Source: Lama glama (Eukaryota). From it: 64,000 nt of DNA. Under the pieces are notes generated by a model that was not told the DNA's origin, made no database searches, and was given only the letters and a program-made list of their open reading frames with translations. The stretch's first letter is position 1; the number at the start of each line of letters is the position of its first letter. Location: positions 77,438,001-77,502,000 of the forward strand of contig CM052852.1 in the NCBI GenBank assembly GCA_028534125.1, given 5' to 3'. Shown here piece after piece: positions 12,096 to 24,348 of this stretch. The translations under genes were made by a program, and so were the position numbers.

Positions 12096-14534
12096 TTATC
12101 TGTCAAATTTGAGGGCCCCATATGACATACAAGAGATGTCTAGTGAACAGTAGAGATATTTGGGGGATTCAAAACAAGCAGAGGGAGGTTAGAAATACTG
12201 ATTTAGTGGTCATAAAAACAGAACTAGTAGTAGAACATGTGATTTTTAAATAAAGAGAAATAGTAATCTAAGTCAGTATCTGAAAAAGGACTTTGTTCAA
12301 AAATGCTTTTGATCAATTTAGATTCAGTTCAAGAAATATATTTGAAGAGCAAAAAACTCAGACTATCCTTTTACTATTAGCCTTCTACTGCTGAATTCTC
12401 TTGTAGCCAGGGATATAATAGATCCCCAAACCAATTCCGGACATACGTAACCTTTTTTAGGCCACTCAAACCTGTATTTTCTCTCACCACAGAAGCCAAA
12501 CATCTCTAACGAGAGAAGTTACCAGATTATATACAAAATCGTTTTTCTTATTGTCACCTGAAGCTCATCCCTGCTTTTTGAATTCCATTATAAATTATTT
12601 TAGTCTCAAAAAAACTTCTTCAAAATACTCTCAGAAGGTAGCAATGTTCTCCCCATAACTCCATTTATATCAGGGAGTTCATCATATCAGAAGTAGATGA
12701 ATAAATTTGAAACTCTCAACCCCCATCCTTCACTCTATGCTCTAAACTCTCAGGAAGATTGTGGCATATAAGTTTAAGGTGTTACCTTCAAGTCATCCAG
12801 TCTATCTTTCTGATCCTGGGGGTGGGCAAGTAGGTGCTAAATAACACCTTACAGCCACCATGTGAACCTCAGCCCCATGTGACTGGGATCCTGATTCAAT
12901 GTTGAACAATTGCCAACTTTTTAAACTTAGGGACTGAATTTTGTCTCTGTACTTTTATCTATGGCCTGGAGCCTGCTTCAAACCTGAAGGATGTTTCGAA
13001 CCAGAGCCCTGTCTCCTGACTCTAGGTGTCACTAACTCCTGTTCTATTGCCAAGTTCCACCAATGAGATCATACTTAGGTACTAATAATGACCACCAATG
13101 GAGTCAAATTCCATCAAACTAGATCACTTTGGACTTTGAGTCCCCTCCAGAGTGCAGTACTGCATGTGAGTCATTCATCTTAGGCCTTGGCACTGCCACA
13201 TCCCACACTTCTCTTTCCCCACTGGTCTGGGCTGCTGAAGTACCACACACACCTAGCAATTGAACCATCAAAAAAATTGTCAACAAATGTGAATGACAGT
13301 GCAAATCTATTCCCCACTATTGGAAGAACAATGTATATTGTTCTTCCTATATTTCTCACAGTTTATGAGGCTAAGCCAAAATGCATCTATATGGATAATC
13401 AGTAGTAGATCAGTAATACAGACTTTGTATAAGAGCCTACAGTGAGAGACTTCACCCTCCATATACATACACAAGAACTTGGAAATGAGGGCAATAAAGA
13501 TTGCTTTCAGAATTCATAAGAAAACACATAATAAATTAGAAGAATAATAGGTAAAACCATTTTCAAAAAAATGAATTTTTATAGGCCAGGAGAATGAGAC
13601 CTTAATCTGATTAACTTTATTAACATAGCTAGAGGAATAATTTGCCCATAAGAAGGGGAATCGAACAGACACAGAAAATATGATAATCAATGAATAAATA
13701 TTGACCTTTGACAGTGCCCATCCAAACACTGTTCAGGGGATAAAATACCTTAGTCTAAGGATTTTGCATTCTGATTGCATTAGCAAGACTCTTCACCTCT
13801 ATTATGATAATGAATATAGGAAATTTGAGACAATGGAAATCAAGCGTGTTATTCCCACTGAGAAGATTTCTCCTTATTTGAGATATGTCAGTCTATCTTA
13901 GTTGTATGTCATTAGGTATTCATTCCATCTAAGTGTCCTTGACCTGACTCAAAGCTCATCAGGCTTTGTGTTTAGGTGACTTGCTAAAGATCCCACATTT
14001 TGACTTGACTTCCCATACCTATCTGCCTAGAAGGAGAGGATATGTTGGTCATACCAACTTTATAGATTCTAGTTACTGTAAAATTTATTTCCCATCATGA
14101 TTTAATACACTAGTACTCTGATTACAATTTGGCTTCCTATGTAGGTTCTCCTGAAGAAGGGAAAGAATTTCTGGTCATGCCAAAACAAGTATTTTGGTCT
14201 GTAAAAATCATGTTGTTCATCATTCATAAATACACTGACATTTTAGTTTTATACATGACTCTTGTGAGTATAGTTAGTATGCATCTCCCTCTGAGTGATG
14301 GATCCACTCTCAATATGTTGACAACACCAGATGTCTAAGCAAACAGGCTGAAGGCTAGGTCTCAAACCAAAGTATAATACCCAGTGTACTAAATGCTATC
14401 TTGTGAGATATTTTGGTTGACAGTCAAGCGACATTACTCAGGCAAAGTACCGGACATCTCCAATGTCATTTGTGATTCCTAGCAAACATTTTGTTGAGTC
14501 TCTATATTTGTTCATATTATAATATGCCATACTT

Positions 14535-14890
14535 TAAAATTTTTTATTTGTATACAATTTTAAATATTACTTTCCAGTTACAATTATTACAAAATATTGG
14601 CTATGTTCCCTGTGTTGTACAATACATCCTTGAGCCAGTAGTTTGTGCCTTCCATTCTCCCCAACCCTTATACTTCCCCTCTCCCTCACACTGGTAACCA
14701 CTAATTTATTCTCTATATCTGTGAGTCTGCTTCTTGCTTGTTATAGTAACTAGTTTGTTGTATTTTTATATTCCACAAATAAGTGATATCAAACAGTATT
14801 TGTCTTTCTCTATCTGGCTTATTTCACTTAGCATAATGCCCTCCAAGTCCATCCATGTTGCTGCAAATGGCAAAATTTCATTCTTTTTTA
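14535..14890 (-). mobile_element. Older 5'-truncated L1 3' end
   Basis: Antisense L1 3'UTR and ORF2 end (cttagcataatgccctccaagtccatccatgttgctgcaaatggc). Confidence 0.9.
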
Positions 14891-15633
14891 GATACATGCA
14901 CCCCAATGTTCATAGCAGCACTATATACAATAGCCAAGACATGAAAGCAACCTAAATGTCCATCAACAGATGACTGGATAAAGTTATAGTATATTTATAC
15001 AATGGAACACTACTCAGCAATAAAAAATAAAATAATACCATTTGCAGCAACATGGATGGACCTGGAGCTCTTCATTCTAAGTTAAGTAAGCCAGAAAAGG
15101 AAAGAGAAATACCATATGATATCACTCATATGTGGAATCTAAAAGAAAAAAGAGGATGCTAATGAACTCATCTACAAAACAGAAACAGACTTGCAGACAT
15201 AGTAAACGATCTTATGGTTACCGAGGGAAGTGGGGTGGGAAGGGATAAATTTGGGAGTTTGAGGTTTGCAAATGTTAACCACTATATATAAAAATAGATT
15301 AAAAAACAAATTTCTTATGATAAATCACAGAGAAAAAAATGTGACAATGAGTGTGTATATGTCCATGAATGACTGAAAAATTGTGCTGAACACTGGAATT
15401 TGACACAACATTGTAAAATGATTATAAATCAATAAAAAATGTTAAAAAAAACAAATTTCTTCTGTATAGCACAGGGAACTATATTCAAAATCTTTTAATA
15501 ACCTTTAATGAAAAAGAATATGAAAATGAATGTATGTATGTATGTATGTATGTGTATGTATATATATGACTGGGACATTATACTGTACACCAGAAACTGA
15601 TGCAATGTAACTGACTATATACTTCAATAAAAA
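14891..15633 (+). mobile_element. 5'-truncated L1 (ORF2 C-terminus and 3'UTR) containing a nested younger L1
   Basis: gatacatgcaccccaatgttcatagcagcac (DTCTPMFIAA) through cttcaataaaaa; degenerate direct repeat 14872-14890 / 15632-15650. Confidence 0.9.
15317..15445 (+). mobile_element. Young short L1 3' end with perfect 16-bp TSD
   Basis: TSD aaaaaacaaatttctt at 15301-15316 and 15446-15461; tt|aaaa L1 endonuclease site; ends in aataaa plus an A-rich tail. Confidence 0.9.
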
Positions 15634-15659
15634 GAATTTGTTCTTTTTTAAGTGCACAC

Positions 15660-15860
15660 ATTGAGCATCATGTCAAGAGTCTTACATAAGTTGTTTCCAA
15701 TATTAAAGTAAGTATGTTCTGTAGATATTATTATAGTTCTTCCAATTTACAAATAAGGAAACTGAGGCTCAAGGAGGTCAAGTAATTTATCTTTGGTCCC
15801 ACAGAAAGTAAATGGTCAAGCTTGGATTTGATGCCTTTTCTCTAACTCTAAAATCCATAC
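15660..15860 (-). mobile_element. MIR SINE
   Basis: tttacaaataaggaaactgaggctcaaggaggtcaagtaattt. Confidence 0.8.
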
Positions 15861-16089
15861 TCTTTCAAAACTATTGAAATTGTTTTATGTCATCAAGCCT
15901 ACTTTTGATTTACTCATATATATACCAATTTATTTGCTCAAAAATCTGTTTCGCATTTCATGCTTTCGTTCTCAGTTCAATTTCCTTTTTCCTGAAGTAC
16001 ATCCTTTAGTAGTTCTTTTAGTAAGTCTTTTAAAAGTAACCTCTAAGTTGCTGTTTATTTGAAAACGCCTTTGTTTTATTCACGCTATT

Positions 16090-16320
16090 TGCACTAATCA
16101 GTATTAGATTTAGCTGCAGATAACAAAAAAATAATGTAAACAAAATAGAAGTGTGTTTCTCTCTTACATCATTGTAGGAAATTGAGGGACAGTATGGTGG
16201 CTCCATGATTATCAAGAACTCAGATTACAAATCCATCTTGTTGTTCCATAATTTTCAACTTTAGGCTTCCACTTCATGATTCAAAATGTCTATGGCAGCT
16301 CTAGCCATGATAGGGGATTT
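16090..16320 (-). mobile_element. MaLR LTR fragment (MLT1J/K-like) within a degraded old L1
   Basis: ttagatttagctgcagataacaaaa...aacaaaatagaagtgtgtttctctcttacat...atggcagctctagccat. Confidence 0.6.
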
Positions 16321-16869
16321 GACAGCCTTATCTCCCTGTCCTTATTCCTGCTGGCTGGAATTTGGATATGACGGTAGAATTTCTCACACTGAACACCTGG
16401 CAGCAAATGCCAGCGCTTTTGTGTTGTTGTTTTTCGCTTGTTCATTTCCAGACTAAAACCCTGGCAAAGGGTTTTAATTCAAATTCCGAGGCCACATGAG
16501 GGCAAGGCTATGATTACAAATTCTCAGAAAAGACATTTTTCTCTGCTGAAACATTTTTCTTTGCCTGAGATAGACAAACTCCCTTGCCATCTTCCTCTGC
16601 TCAGGAAAAGAGTTTTCCTAGTACATGATTTTACTGCATATAAAACACTTTAAGAGACCCAGTTTTACATGAAGGTTTTAGTCTCAACTCCAGTACTGTG
16701 CATGGGTGTTAAAACACAGGCCTTCATTACCAATATCCAACCTTCTAACATCCCCAGGGTAACCAGTGTTAACTCATTGGTAGCACTCTAGTTTATAGTT
16801 TCCTCTTTGTGTTTAACCCCTGGAAATGTCTTTCTGCTTGAAAACTCGACTATGCCTTAAGGACTATGT

Positions 16870-16995
16870 TCTGTTCACCGGAATGTAAACCCCACAAGGC
16901 CAGGAATTTGTGTCTGTTTGGTTCACTTCCACAGCACCTAGAACACTGCCTAATACATAGGAAAGGTGTTCAATAATATTTGGTGAATGAATAAG
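16870..16995 (+). mobile_element. L2 3' terminus
   Basis: cagcacctagaacactgcctaatacatag...tcaataatatttggtgaatgaat. Confidence 0.8.
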
Positions 16996-17419
16996 TTAAT
17001 TTTGGCCAGTATTTCTGGAGCTTTGTAGCTCTGAGTGGGGTAAGAGTTTCCAGATTATCTAGTACATGATAGTTCTAGCAATGGAAGTCAGATCTATGCC
17101 TTTTCCACCATACTCTGCTGTCGTTCATGTTTACAGTTACAGTGAGATTTTCAGTGTGTTTCCGAAGTCAGCATATGATAACTATAGCCAGAGGGAAATA
17201 ATCTTCCTCAGACTCATCTTAACCACCATATTCTATTGAGAAATTGGATTCTCCAATCGCATAGGTATAGTGCATCGAAATTATGTCCATATATAAATTC
17301 TAATTCAGCACCAATTGAGAACTAAGAGCTTGCCAGAAGCTTCCTTAGAAAGTTCTCTAGATACAACTCTCTCTCCTCAACAAACCTCCATATGTTACCC
17401 ATGGATAAAAATAGATCTA

Positions 17420-17610
17420 TTTACTGAATACTTACTATGTGCCAGGTACTCCTGCAAATGCTTTACATTTATTAACTTATTTACAAATGTAGAAACTGAG
17501 GCACAAAGAAGTTAAGTAACTTACCAAAGACAACCCAGGTAATGGCAGAGCCAGGGTTCCTCCAGGCAGACTGGCACCAAAGTGCATGAGCTTAACAAGT
17601 ATGCTAGGCT
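17420..17610 (-). mobile_element. MIR SINE
   Basis: tttactgaatacttactatgtgccagg...gaaactgaggcacaaagaagttaagtaactt. Confidence 0.85.
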
Positions 17611-18499
17611 GTCCTCCATATTTACTTGTATTATCTAGTCTCATCCCCTGTCCCATTCTAACAAGAACTTTAATGCCCAATGGTCTTGTATAATCATAGG
17701 GCCAAATCCCTTTATTCTTTTTTCATGAAGACAAACGTTACATTCTATAGTATCATCTGTTATCAGCATCGCCACAACAGAGTTTGTCAGAGCAACTGAG
17801 GCAGTGTCAACTGTGGTGAAAGCCCACTTTTTTGCCTTCCACCACACAGGACCAGTCACATTTCTATTGAGGGCATCATAAGGAGAAGTAAGAGAAAAAG
17901 TATCATATTAACTCCTCAAAATTAGGAGGGAGGATGCAGTGTGAATACATATAGAGTATCTATCAAATGCCTCACTCAAAAAAATAGAAAATATGTTTTT
18001 AATACAGACTCTTTTGGGGTTCTTCAGTCAGGAAAATGATTTAATCTGATATCCATCAATGAATGTATTAGACTGGCTTCAACTAGCAGCTGCAGAGGAA
18101 GATTTAGAGAACAGTTAAAGTCGGAAAATCACTAAAATATCCAGGCAACGTATCAACCTTGCTCTGAGTTTACTAAACCCAATAAATGGAACTGTTTAAA
18201 GACATTAAGGATGATGCATGAATAATTCAAATCGATTCAACTTTATTACTTTTTCCGTACTGTTTTCTTAATGGCCCAACTTTCCGCTGCACATTCACCC
18301 TACTATATGAGGGTGCATTTCAGCAGTTAATTCTATAGTAATTACAGATATTAAGGATTCAGCACACTGAGGAAATATCTCAGTGAGAGACAGGCTACAT
18401 GGGACACAATTAGAAGATATTATATATAAACACTGGGCACATTTTACAGAAGAAATGGACAAGCAGTGAAATAAGACAGATATTGGCTGCAGAGAAAAG

Positions 18500-18760
18500 G
18501 AAAATGCTAATTACAACAAATACTCACTATGTTCCAGGCAGTGGATTTACTATATGAGTTTTATTATATAGGTTTATTGTAGCTAATATACACTAAAACC
18601 CTGGGATATAGTTACTATTGCTATTCCCATTTTATAGGTGAGGAAACTGAGACACAGAAGGGTAGAGTGACTTTCCTAAGGTCAAAGGATTAAGAAGCGC
18701 TAGGGCTGTTACTTGAACCTAGGCAGTCTGGCTCCAGAGTGTGCTCTTTCCAGTCTCCTA
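18500..18760 (-). mobile_element. MIR SINE
   Basis: cccattttataggtgaggaaactgagacacagaagggtagagtgactttcctaaggtc...gaacctaggcagtctggctccagag. Confidence 0.9.
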
Positions 18761-19219
18761 TACTGCTTCACATAGCAAAGGATGTAACTATTAGACCATT
18801 ATTCAGCAAACATTTATTGAGCGCCTGCTATGTGTCTCCCACTGTGATAAGCACTGAGAGTATACGAAGCAGCATGGAATTGAAAAGAATGGGTATAAAT
18901 CGTTTTCAGATATCTTGGAAATTAGAAGGGCCCAAAGATGTTCTCAATGCAAGCTTCTAAAAAGGTTATGGAAAATTGGAAAATGACATTTATTGTATCA
19001 GAATAGTTAGCCCTCCTTGGGCTCTGCTCCAGTAGCAAGATGTCATCTCAAAGTCTGTCAATACAGCATGTAATGACAGCAGCCCAAAAAAGAATCTCTG
19101 GACAGGTTCTAAAATCCTTAAGATTCCTATGGAGGTTCTAATGTTTGAGGAGCATTTCACACCCTGTATTCAAGAGATGGCCATCTCCATTTTATTTTCG
19201 CCAATGCTGTCTCATTTGA

Positions 19220-19560
19220 AATTACTCAATTCGTAAGTATGTAAGAGCATCTACCATTATACCAGACATTACGAGGAGTACAACAGTGTATAAGACATAG
19301 TGCTTACCAACAAAGCATCTACAACCTAGTGAATAGACAATGAAGTCCCAAGAAACAATTACTAGAAGATATGTGATAAAATGCCCACTTAATTTAGTAC
19401 AAACAAATGGTTAAGGGAGTCAGATACAGGAAAGAAACTCAGCTGAATTGTCTGGAGAAGGCTTCAAGGAGATGAAGACCCTAGTGAAGCCTTGAAGGAT
19501 GGAGGACTTGAAGTGGCAGGAGAGGAGCAAGGCCACTCCTAGTCTGAAGGAACCATCTGA
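19220..19560 (-). mobile_element. L2 fragment
   Basis: Antisense L2 tail and body (actcaattcgtaagtatgtaagagcatctacc...ggagaaggcttcaaggag). Confidence 0.65.
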
Positions 19561-19789
19561 AACAGGTCTTATGAGGCTGTGGCCTGATGCAGGGACCTGA
19601 ACAGAAACTAGAGCCATAGCAGATCACGGTCCCAAATCAACAAATGCAATGTGAGAAGGAAATGTGTTAACTAAAGGTATGACTCAAACTAGAGAGCTCA
19701 GAAGCTCAAGACCAGAGATGAAGGTAAATGATGTGAACCAGAGAGTGCCAACACTACCAGGACCCAGGCTATGTATCCTGTGGGCAGAC

Positions 19790-19990
19790 TGACCTAGGTT
19801 TGAATTCTACTTTGCCACAAACTATGTCAGCTTTATCAAGTTATCTAACTCTTCTGAGCTCACTGTCTCATTGGTGGAATGAGGATAACAATATCTACCA
19901 TATGGTATGTTATTGGCAAATTAAATGAGACTATATATATGAAAAAGTTTTAATACTGCGAAGTTCTATATGAGTGTCAGTTATTAATAG
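19790..19990 (+). mobile_element. MIR SINE
   Basis: gacctaggtttgaattctactttgccac...aagttatctaactcttctgagctc...attaaatgaga. Confidence 0.8.
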
Positions 19991-21297
19991 CTGTTGTTAT
20001 ATGTATACCTGTAGCTGTATGTAGACAGGACCAAATCTTGGGGGATCTTCTCGTCAGGAAAGTTGACAATGATTCTCAATGTGAGATATGGACAGCTGCC
20101 TATAGGAGTGAATCAGAACTTCTAGGGGCTTGTGTGTTTGTTCATTTGCTCCTTCTCCTTTAGAATCTGATAAATTGTTCCCTCCACCCATACATGTCCA
20201 GATGATGATCACTACAACAGGGAACCACTTTACTGATAAGAGTGTGTCATATCCCTGGTATGTTGTGATAGTAAAAAGGTTAAAATTCATTGATCTAGGA
20301 ACTTACTTTAGTATTTTGAGTATGAAGTGATAAATGGTAGCAGTAGCAATGGAAAGAAAGGAATAAGTTTGAAAGATATTGTGAGAGATGATGGAAAAAA
20401 CAGGAAACATTTTTGAGTACTAAATACATGATATTTTACTATTGAGGAAAATGAGCAAGAAGCAGAGGCAGAATTTGAACCTAGTTCTGACTGACTTCAA
20501 AGAAAGAGTACTGTTTCCTGGATCAGATGTGAAAGAAAAAGGGAGAAGGAATAATGGCCTATAAGGTTTTTAAACCAAGAGACTGAACAGAACAGAAATC
20601 GGAGAACTTAGAAGGTAAACTTATCTACAAAAGAATGCTATATGAGTTCTGAATTACACGATATCAGAATTTTAGTGTTATTTTAAAAATCTGTTTAAAT
20701 TTGAACTTCTGACAGTATTCTCAGTAATTCTCCTATAAGTCAGCCACCTCCTGATTCGCTCTGTGATGAACAGACCACGTTTTTGCCCTTTCAGTCCCCA
20801 TCAATAGTGCTTAGGGTTGACTGCTTAGTAGCAAAGTCAGCTCTATGCTAAGTCAGGTATGTCCTTTTTAACTGAAGGTTCACATTTTGGGGACAACCAC
20901 ATAGGGCAAAAGCTGTAATCCTGAATTCTTGAGAATCAACCAAATAGGCAGTCAGTAGAATTATCAATCTGAAATTCATTAAACACAAAACGTCTAAAAA
21001 CTTGATTTATAATGCATATGATTTTTGCAGCACATTCTTTGATTTTATTTGACTTGATAGTTCTGAAGCAAGTTTAGATAAAGGTATGAAGGGCATCTTG
21101 TTGTTTTAGTTCAAGTTTTTTTTCTTAATGAATGTTCTGCTCACTTTCATTTTGTTTTGTTTTTGTTATGGTTTTACTTTCTGCCCCAGGTTCATAAAAC
21201 TGGGAAAGAAACGTAAAACAGAATTCAGATTCAAATTATTCAATAGGATACAAGTATCCTATATCAACAGAGCCAAATTAAAGAAGATTATTATGTA

Positions 21298-21541
21298 CAG
21301 TTGACCCTTGAACAATATGGTTTTCAACTGCATGGGTCCATTTATACATGGGTTTTTTTCAGTAAATACTGTAGTACTAAATGATCTGCAGTTGGTTGAA
21401 TCCATGGATGCAGAACTGTGGATGCGGCAGAATCATGGGTGTGGAGGAACATATAGAAAGGCCAACTTTAAGTTATATGCAGATTTTCTACTGCTAAGAG
21501 GGTCAGTGTCCCTAACTCCCTTGTTGTCTAAGGGTCAACTA
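21298..21541. mobile_element. Tigger2-family (TcMar) MITE, MER8/Tigger2a-like
   Basis: Terminal inverted repeats cagttgacccttgaacaa ... ttgtctaagggtcaacta, flanked by TA dinucleotides (21296-21297, 21542-21543). Confidence 0.9.
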
Positions 21542-21544
21542 TAT

Positions 21545-21700
21545 ATTCAAAACTCTAATGAACAAAGGCTAGCCGAGAGAGGATTCCAGGGAGTCACATA
21601 CAAAAAGAATGGAAGTATGTGTTGACCACAGTGTCAATATGAGCCCAAATTATATAGCATGACTGGTAAAAAGCCCAAAGAAATATTAGGTTTATTTACT
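21545..21700 (+). mobile_element. CR1/L3 RT-region fragment (probably continues left of the Tigger MITE)
   Basis: gtgttgaccacagtgtcaatatgagccc...aaaagcccaaagaaatattagg resembles the CR1 DLGVLVD..LNMS..C...AKKAN..LG coding region. Confidence 0.6.
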
Positions 21701-21989
21701 CAAAAATATTTGTTGTGCACCTATCATGTATCAGGCAATATATCGTGGGTACAGCAACAAGGAAGTGTATCATCAGGAAAGAATTTAATAACAACACTGA
21801 CTTTAATAGTTCTTTTTTTGTTACTAACATGAGTTAGCAACTCTAACCATTTAAAATTATCTAATTCTAAATAATTTCTCTCCCTACCTGGGAGAATCAT
21901 TCCTACCAATCTTCCTCCCACCTCTAACCCTGGGTACACTTCTAGAAACTAGATTTGTCTCACTGTCAAATTCATCTTTCTTCCACCAA

Positions 21990-22315
21990 AGCAATGTCTT
22001 TCCAACTTTTTTGACCACAGGCCTCAGTACGAAATATATTTTACATATGACCCAGTATAAACACACACACATGACACATACATGATAGCTAGGTAGATAT
22101 CCATACAACACACACAGACTATGATCACATAATTTATGTAAAGATTTCATAAAATAATAATACCATTACTGGGGACAATGCACTGTAATATTTTTTACCC
22201 TATTCTTTTTCACTGAAAAAAAGAAAAGGGAAGGGAAGGGGAAAAAAGGTGTATTTTTTCCTACTAAATTTATTTCATAGCTCATTATGTGACCCACCGT
22301 TTGAAAAACAGTGCA
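21990..22315. mobile_element. hAT-Charlie MITE
   Basis: Ends caatgtctttccaact... and ...gtgacccaccgtttgaaaaacagtg are typical Charlie-type termini; subfamily not certain. Confidence 0.6.
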
Positions 22316-23807
22316 CTGAAGTATAGTATACAATTCTTCCTTCCAGATACAGGTGGACAGAACGCAGGTGGCAGGGAGATGTTAGCCTGGGTTTAAGCAT
22401 TAACCGTAGGAATTCTCAAAGTAGAAAACTGCAGGACTGAATTTGCACACTCTGCCTCTGAATTGTTTTTTTTTTTGTCCATATTATGCTCCAAATAGCT
22501 TGTATTCACCTAACCTCAAAACCTTGAAATAAAAGTTGGTGTTTTTGTTTTGGTTTGGATGGTTTGGTTTGGTTTTCTTGCAGCCTACCTACAGTATTCA
22601 AGTTATATTCTGACACCATTCTGATCTGCAGTGACATGGTTAGCTTTTGAGGGAAAAGCAAAAATCTTAATTTGCTCTTCTTTGAGGAAAAAGAAGTCTT
22701 TGAAATTTATTCAGGGCAGGAGCCAGGCAATGGGGAAAGAATTTATACTGTAATCCTCAAAGGAGTAGAACATGAATTGAATTAATGTTTCTTCAGGATA
22801 TGGGATTCTCTTCTTATGAATAAAATCTTTTGAGATCAGGTAGGAAGTTGTAACCATTTTTCTCTTTTATTACTTTTTTCTGATACGTTGCTTTGAATAT
22901 TTGGTTTTATACTGGCAGTGAGGGATGACCAACAAACCAGCCTGACTGTGTAATACCATTTTCCTGAGTAGATTCTATTCAGCAGGGCCTTTTCTAGTAT
23001 GGATAGCTGAAGGAAATAGAGCCAGTTAGTTTCAAGAAACTAACAAGTTTAGTGTGATCTGGTTCCTTCATTTAGTTCATCATGTAACAGTTTGATATTA
23101 GCCATTACTAAATAGTTTTGTAACAGTAGCCACTTAGTTCAACCATGCAGTAATTTCCCTTGACCATTATAGAGGTTTAGAGACCCCTTTCTTCACGTAC
23201 TACATGTGTCTATAGTCCCCTGTTAAGTAGAGCTGAAAAACATAGCCCATTCTAAGTGTGTTTTGTTATGAAACTATGAGATTGATTGGTTAATTCAGCC
23301 AAAATAATCAAATAATTCAAAAAGAATCAAAATGAAAGATGGACTAAACTTAACCAAGGTTGGGTGAAACTTGGGTGTAGCTTGGCAAACCCTTGTGACT
23401 GCTTTGCTTGATCTGGGCAGTCATGTCAGTCAAAGCTTGCCTTTTGCTCCCCCAGTGAAGTTTTGTTATGTTTCTTAACTAGCTTATATAGCTCCTATCT
23501 AGAATAGATTAATTCAAGCTACTTCTTTGGCTGGTTTTGACTGTTTTGACAGCTGAAGAAGGCTTGAGCTAGTTAATAAGAACTAAGATGAATAGTGGTT
23601 TGATTAAAATGACTAGCTTGCCTGAACTTTTTGGTTGTTGCACTACAACCAGTCAACTATTTGACCAAATCAGTATTTGCTTAAGTTGTTAGTCAATTCA
23701 ATCTGAAATTGAAATAATCATGGCAGGTAGGAAAATCTGGAAAAACATATTTTTACTGAATTCTTCTTATTACATACAATTATACCATTTTTGAAAAAAG
23801 AGGAAAC

Positions 23808-23877
23808 TATTATACAGTGTTCTCAAAAGAAACAGAACAAATATATAAAATCATATACACATATATATACACATATA

Positions 23878-23911
<34 letters not shown>

Positions 23912-24348
23912 CTGATATAGTTATGGAGGCTGAGAAATCCTACAATCTGCAATCAATAAGCTGGAGAGCCAATGTGTAGTTCCAGTCTGGGTCCAAAGGC
24001 TTGAGAACCAGGAGAGCCGATGATAAAAGTTCCAGTCTAAAAGCTGGCAGGCTCAAGGCTCAAGAAAGACCAATGTTTCAGTCTGAGTTCAAAGGCTGGA
24101 AAAGACCAATGTCCCAATTCAAGTAGTCAGCCTAAAGGAGTTCCCTCTTACCCATCCTTTTTGTTGTATTCAGATCTTCAATTAATAGGATGAGGCCTGC
24201 CCACACCAGGGAGGGCAGTGTGCTTTATTTAGTCTACCCATTGAAATGTTAATCACATCCAAAATCTCACAGATACCCAGAATAATGTTTGGCCAGAAGT
24301 CTGGGTATCCCATGGCTCAGTCAAACTGACATATAAGTTAACCATTAC
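23808..24348. mobile_element. MLT2 (ERVL) solo LTR with internal (TA)n
   Basis: gtgttctcaaaagaaacagaac-(TA)n-atggaggctgagaaatcctacaatctgc...ctcagtcaaactgacatataagttaaccatta. Confidence 0.85.
23852..23911. repeat. (TA)n microsatellite, interrupted
   Basis: Seen directly. Confidence 0.95.

Noticed and set aside
13240-13340. Minus-strand WGID motif suggesting a retroviral or Gypsy integrase
   Set aside because: Four residues only, with an adjacent in-frame stop and no supporting DDE or HHCC context.
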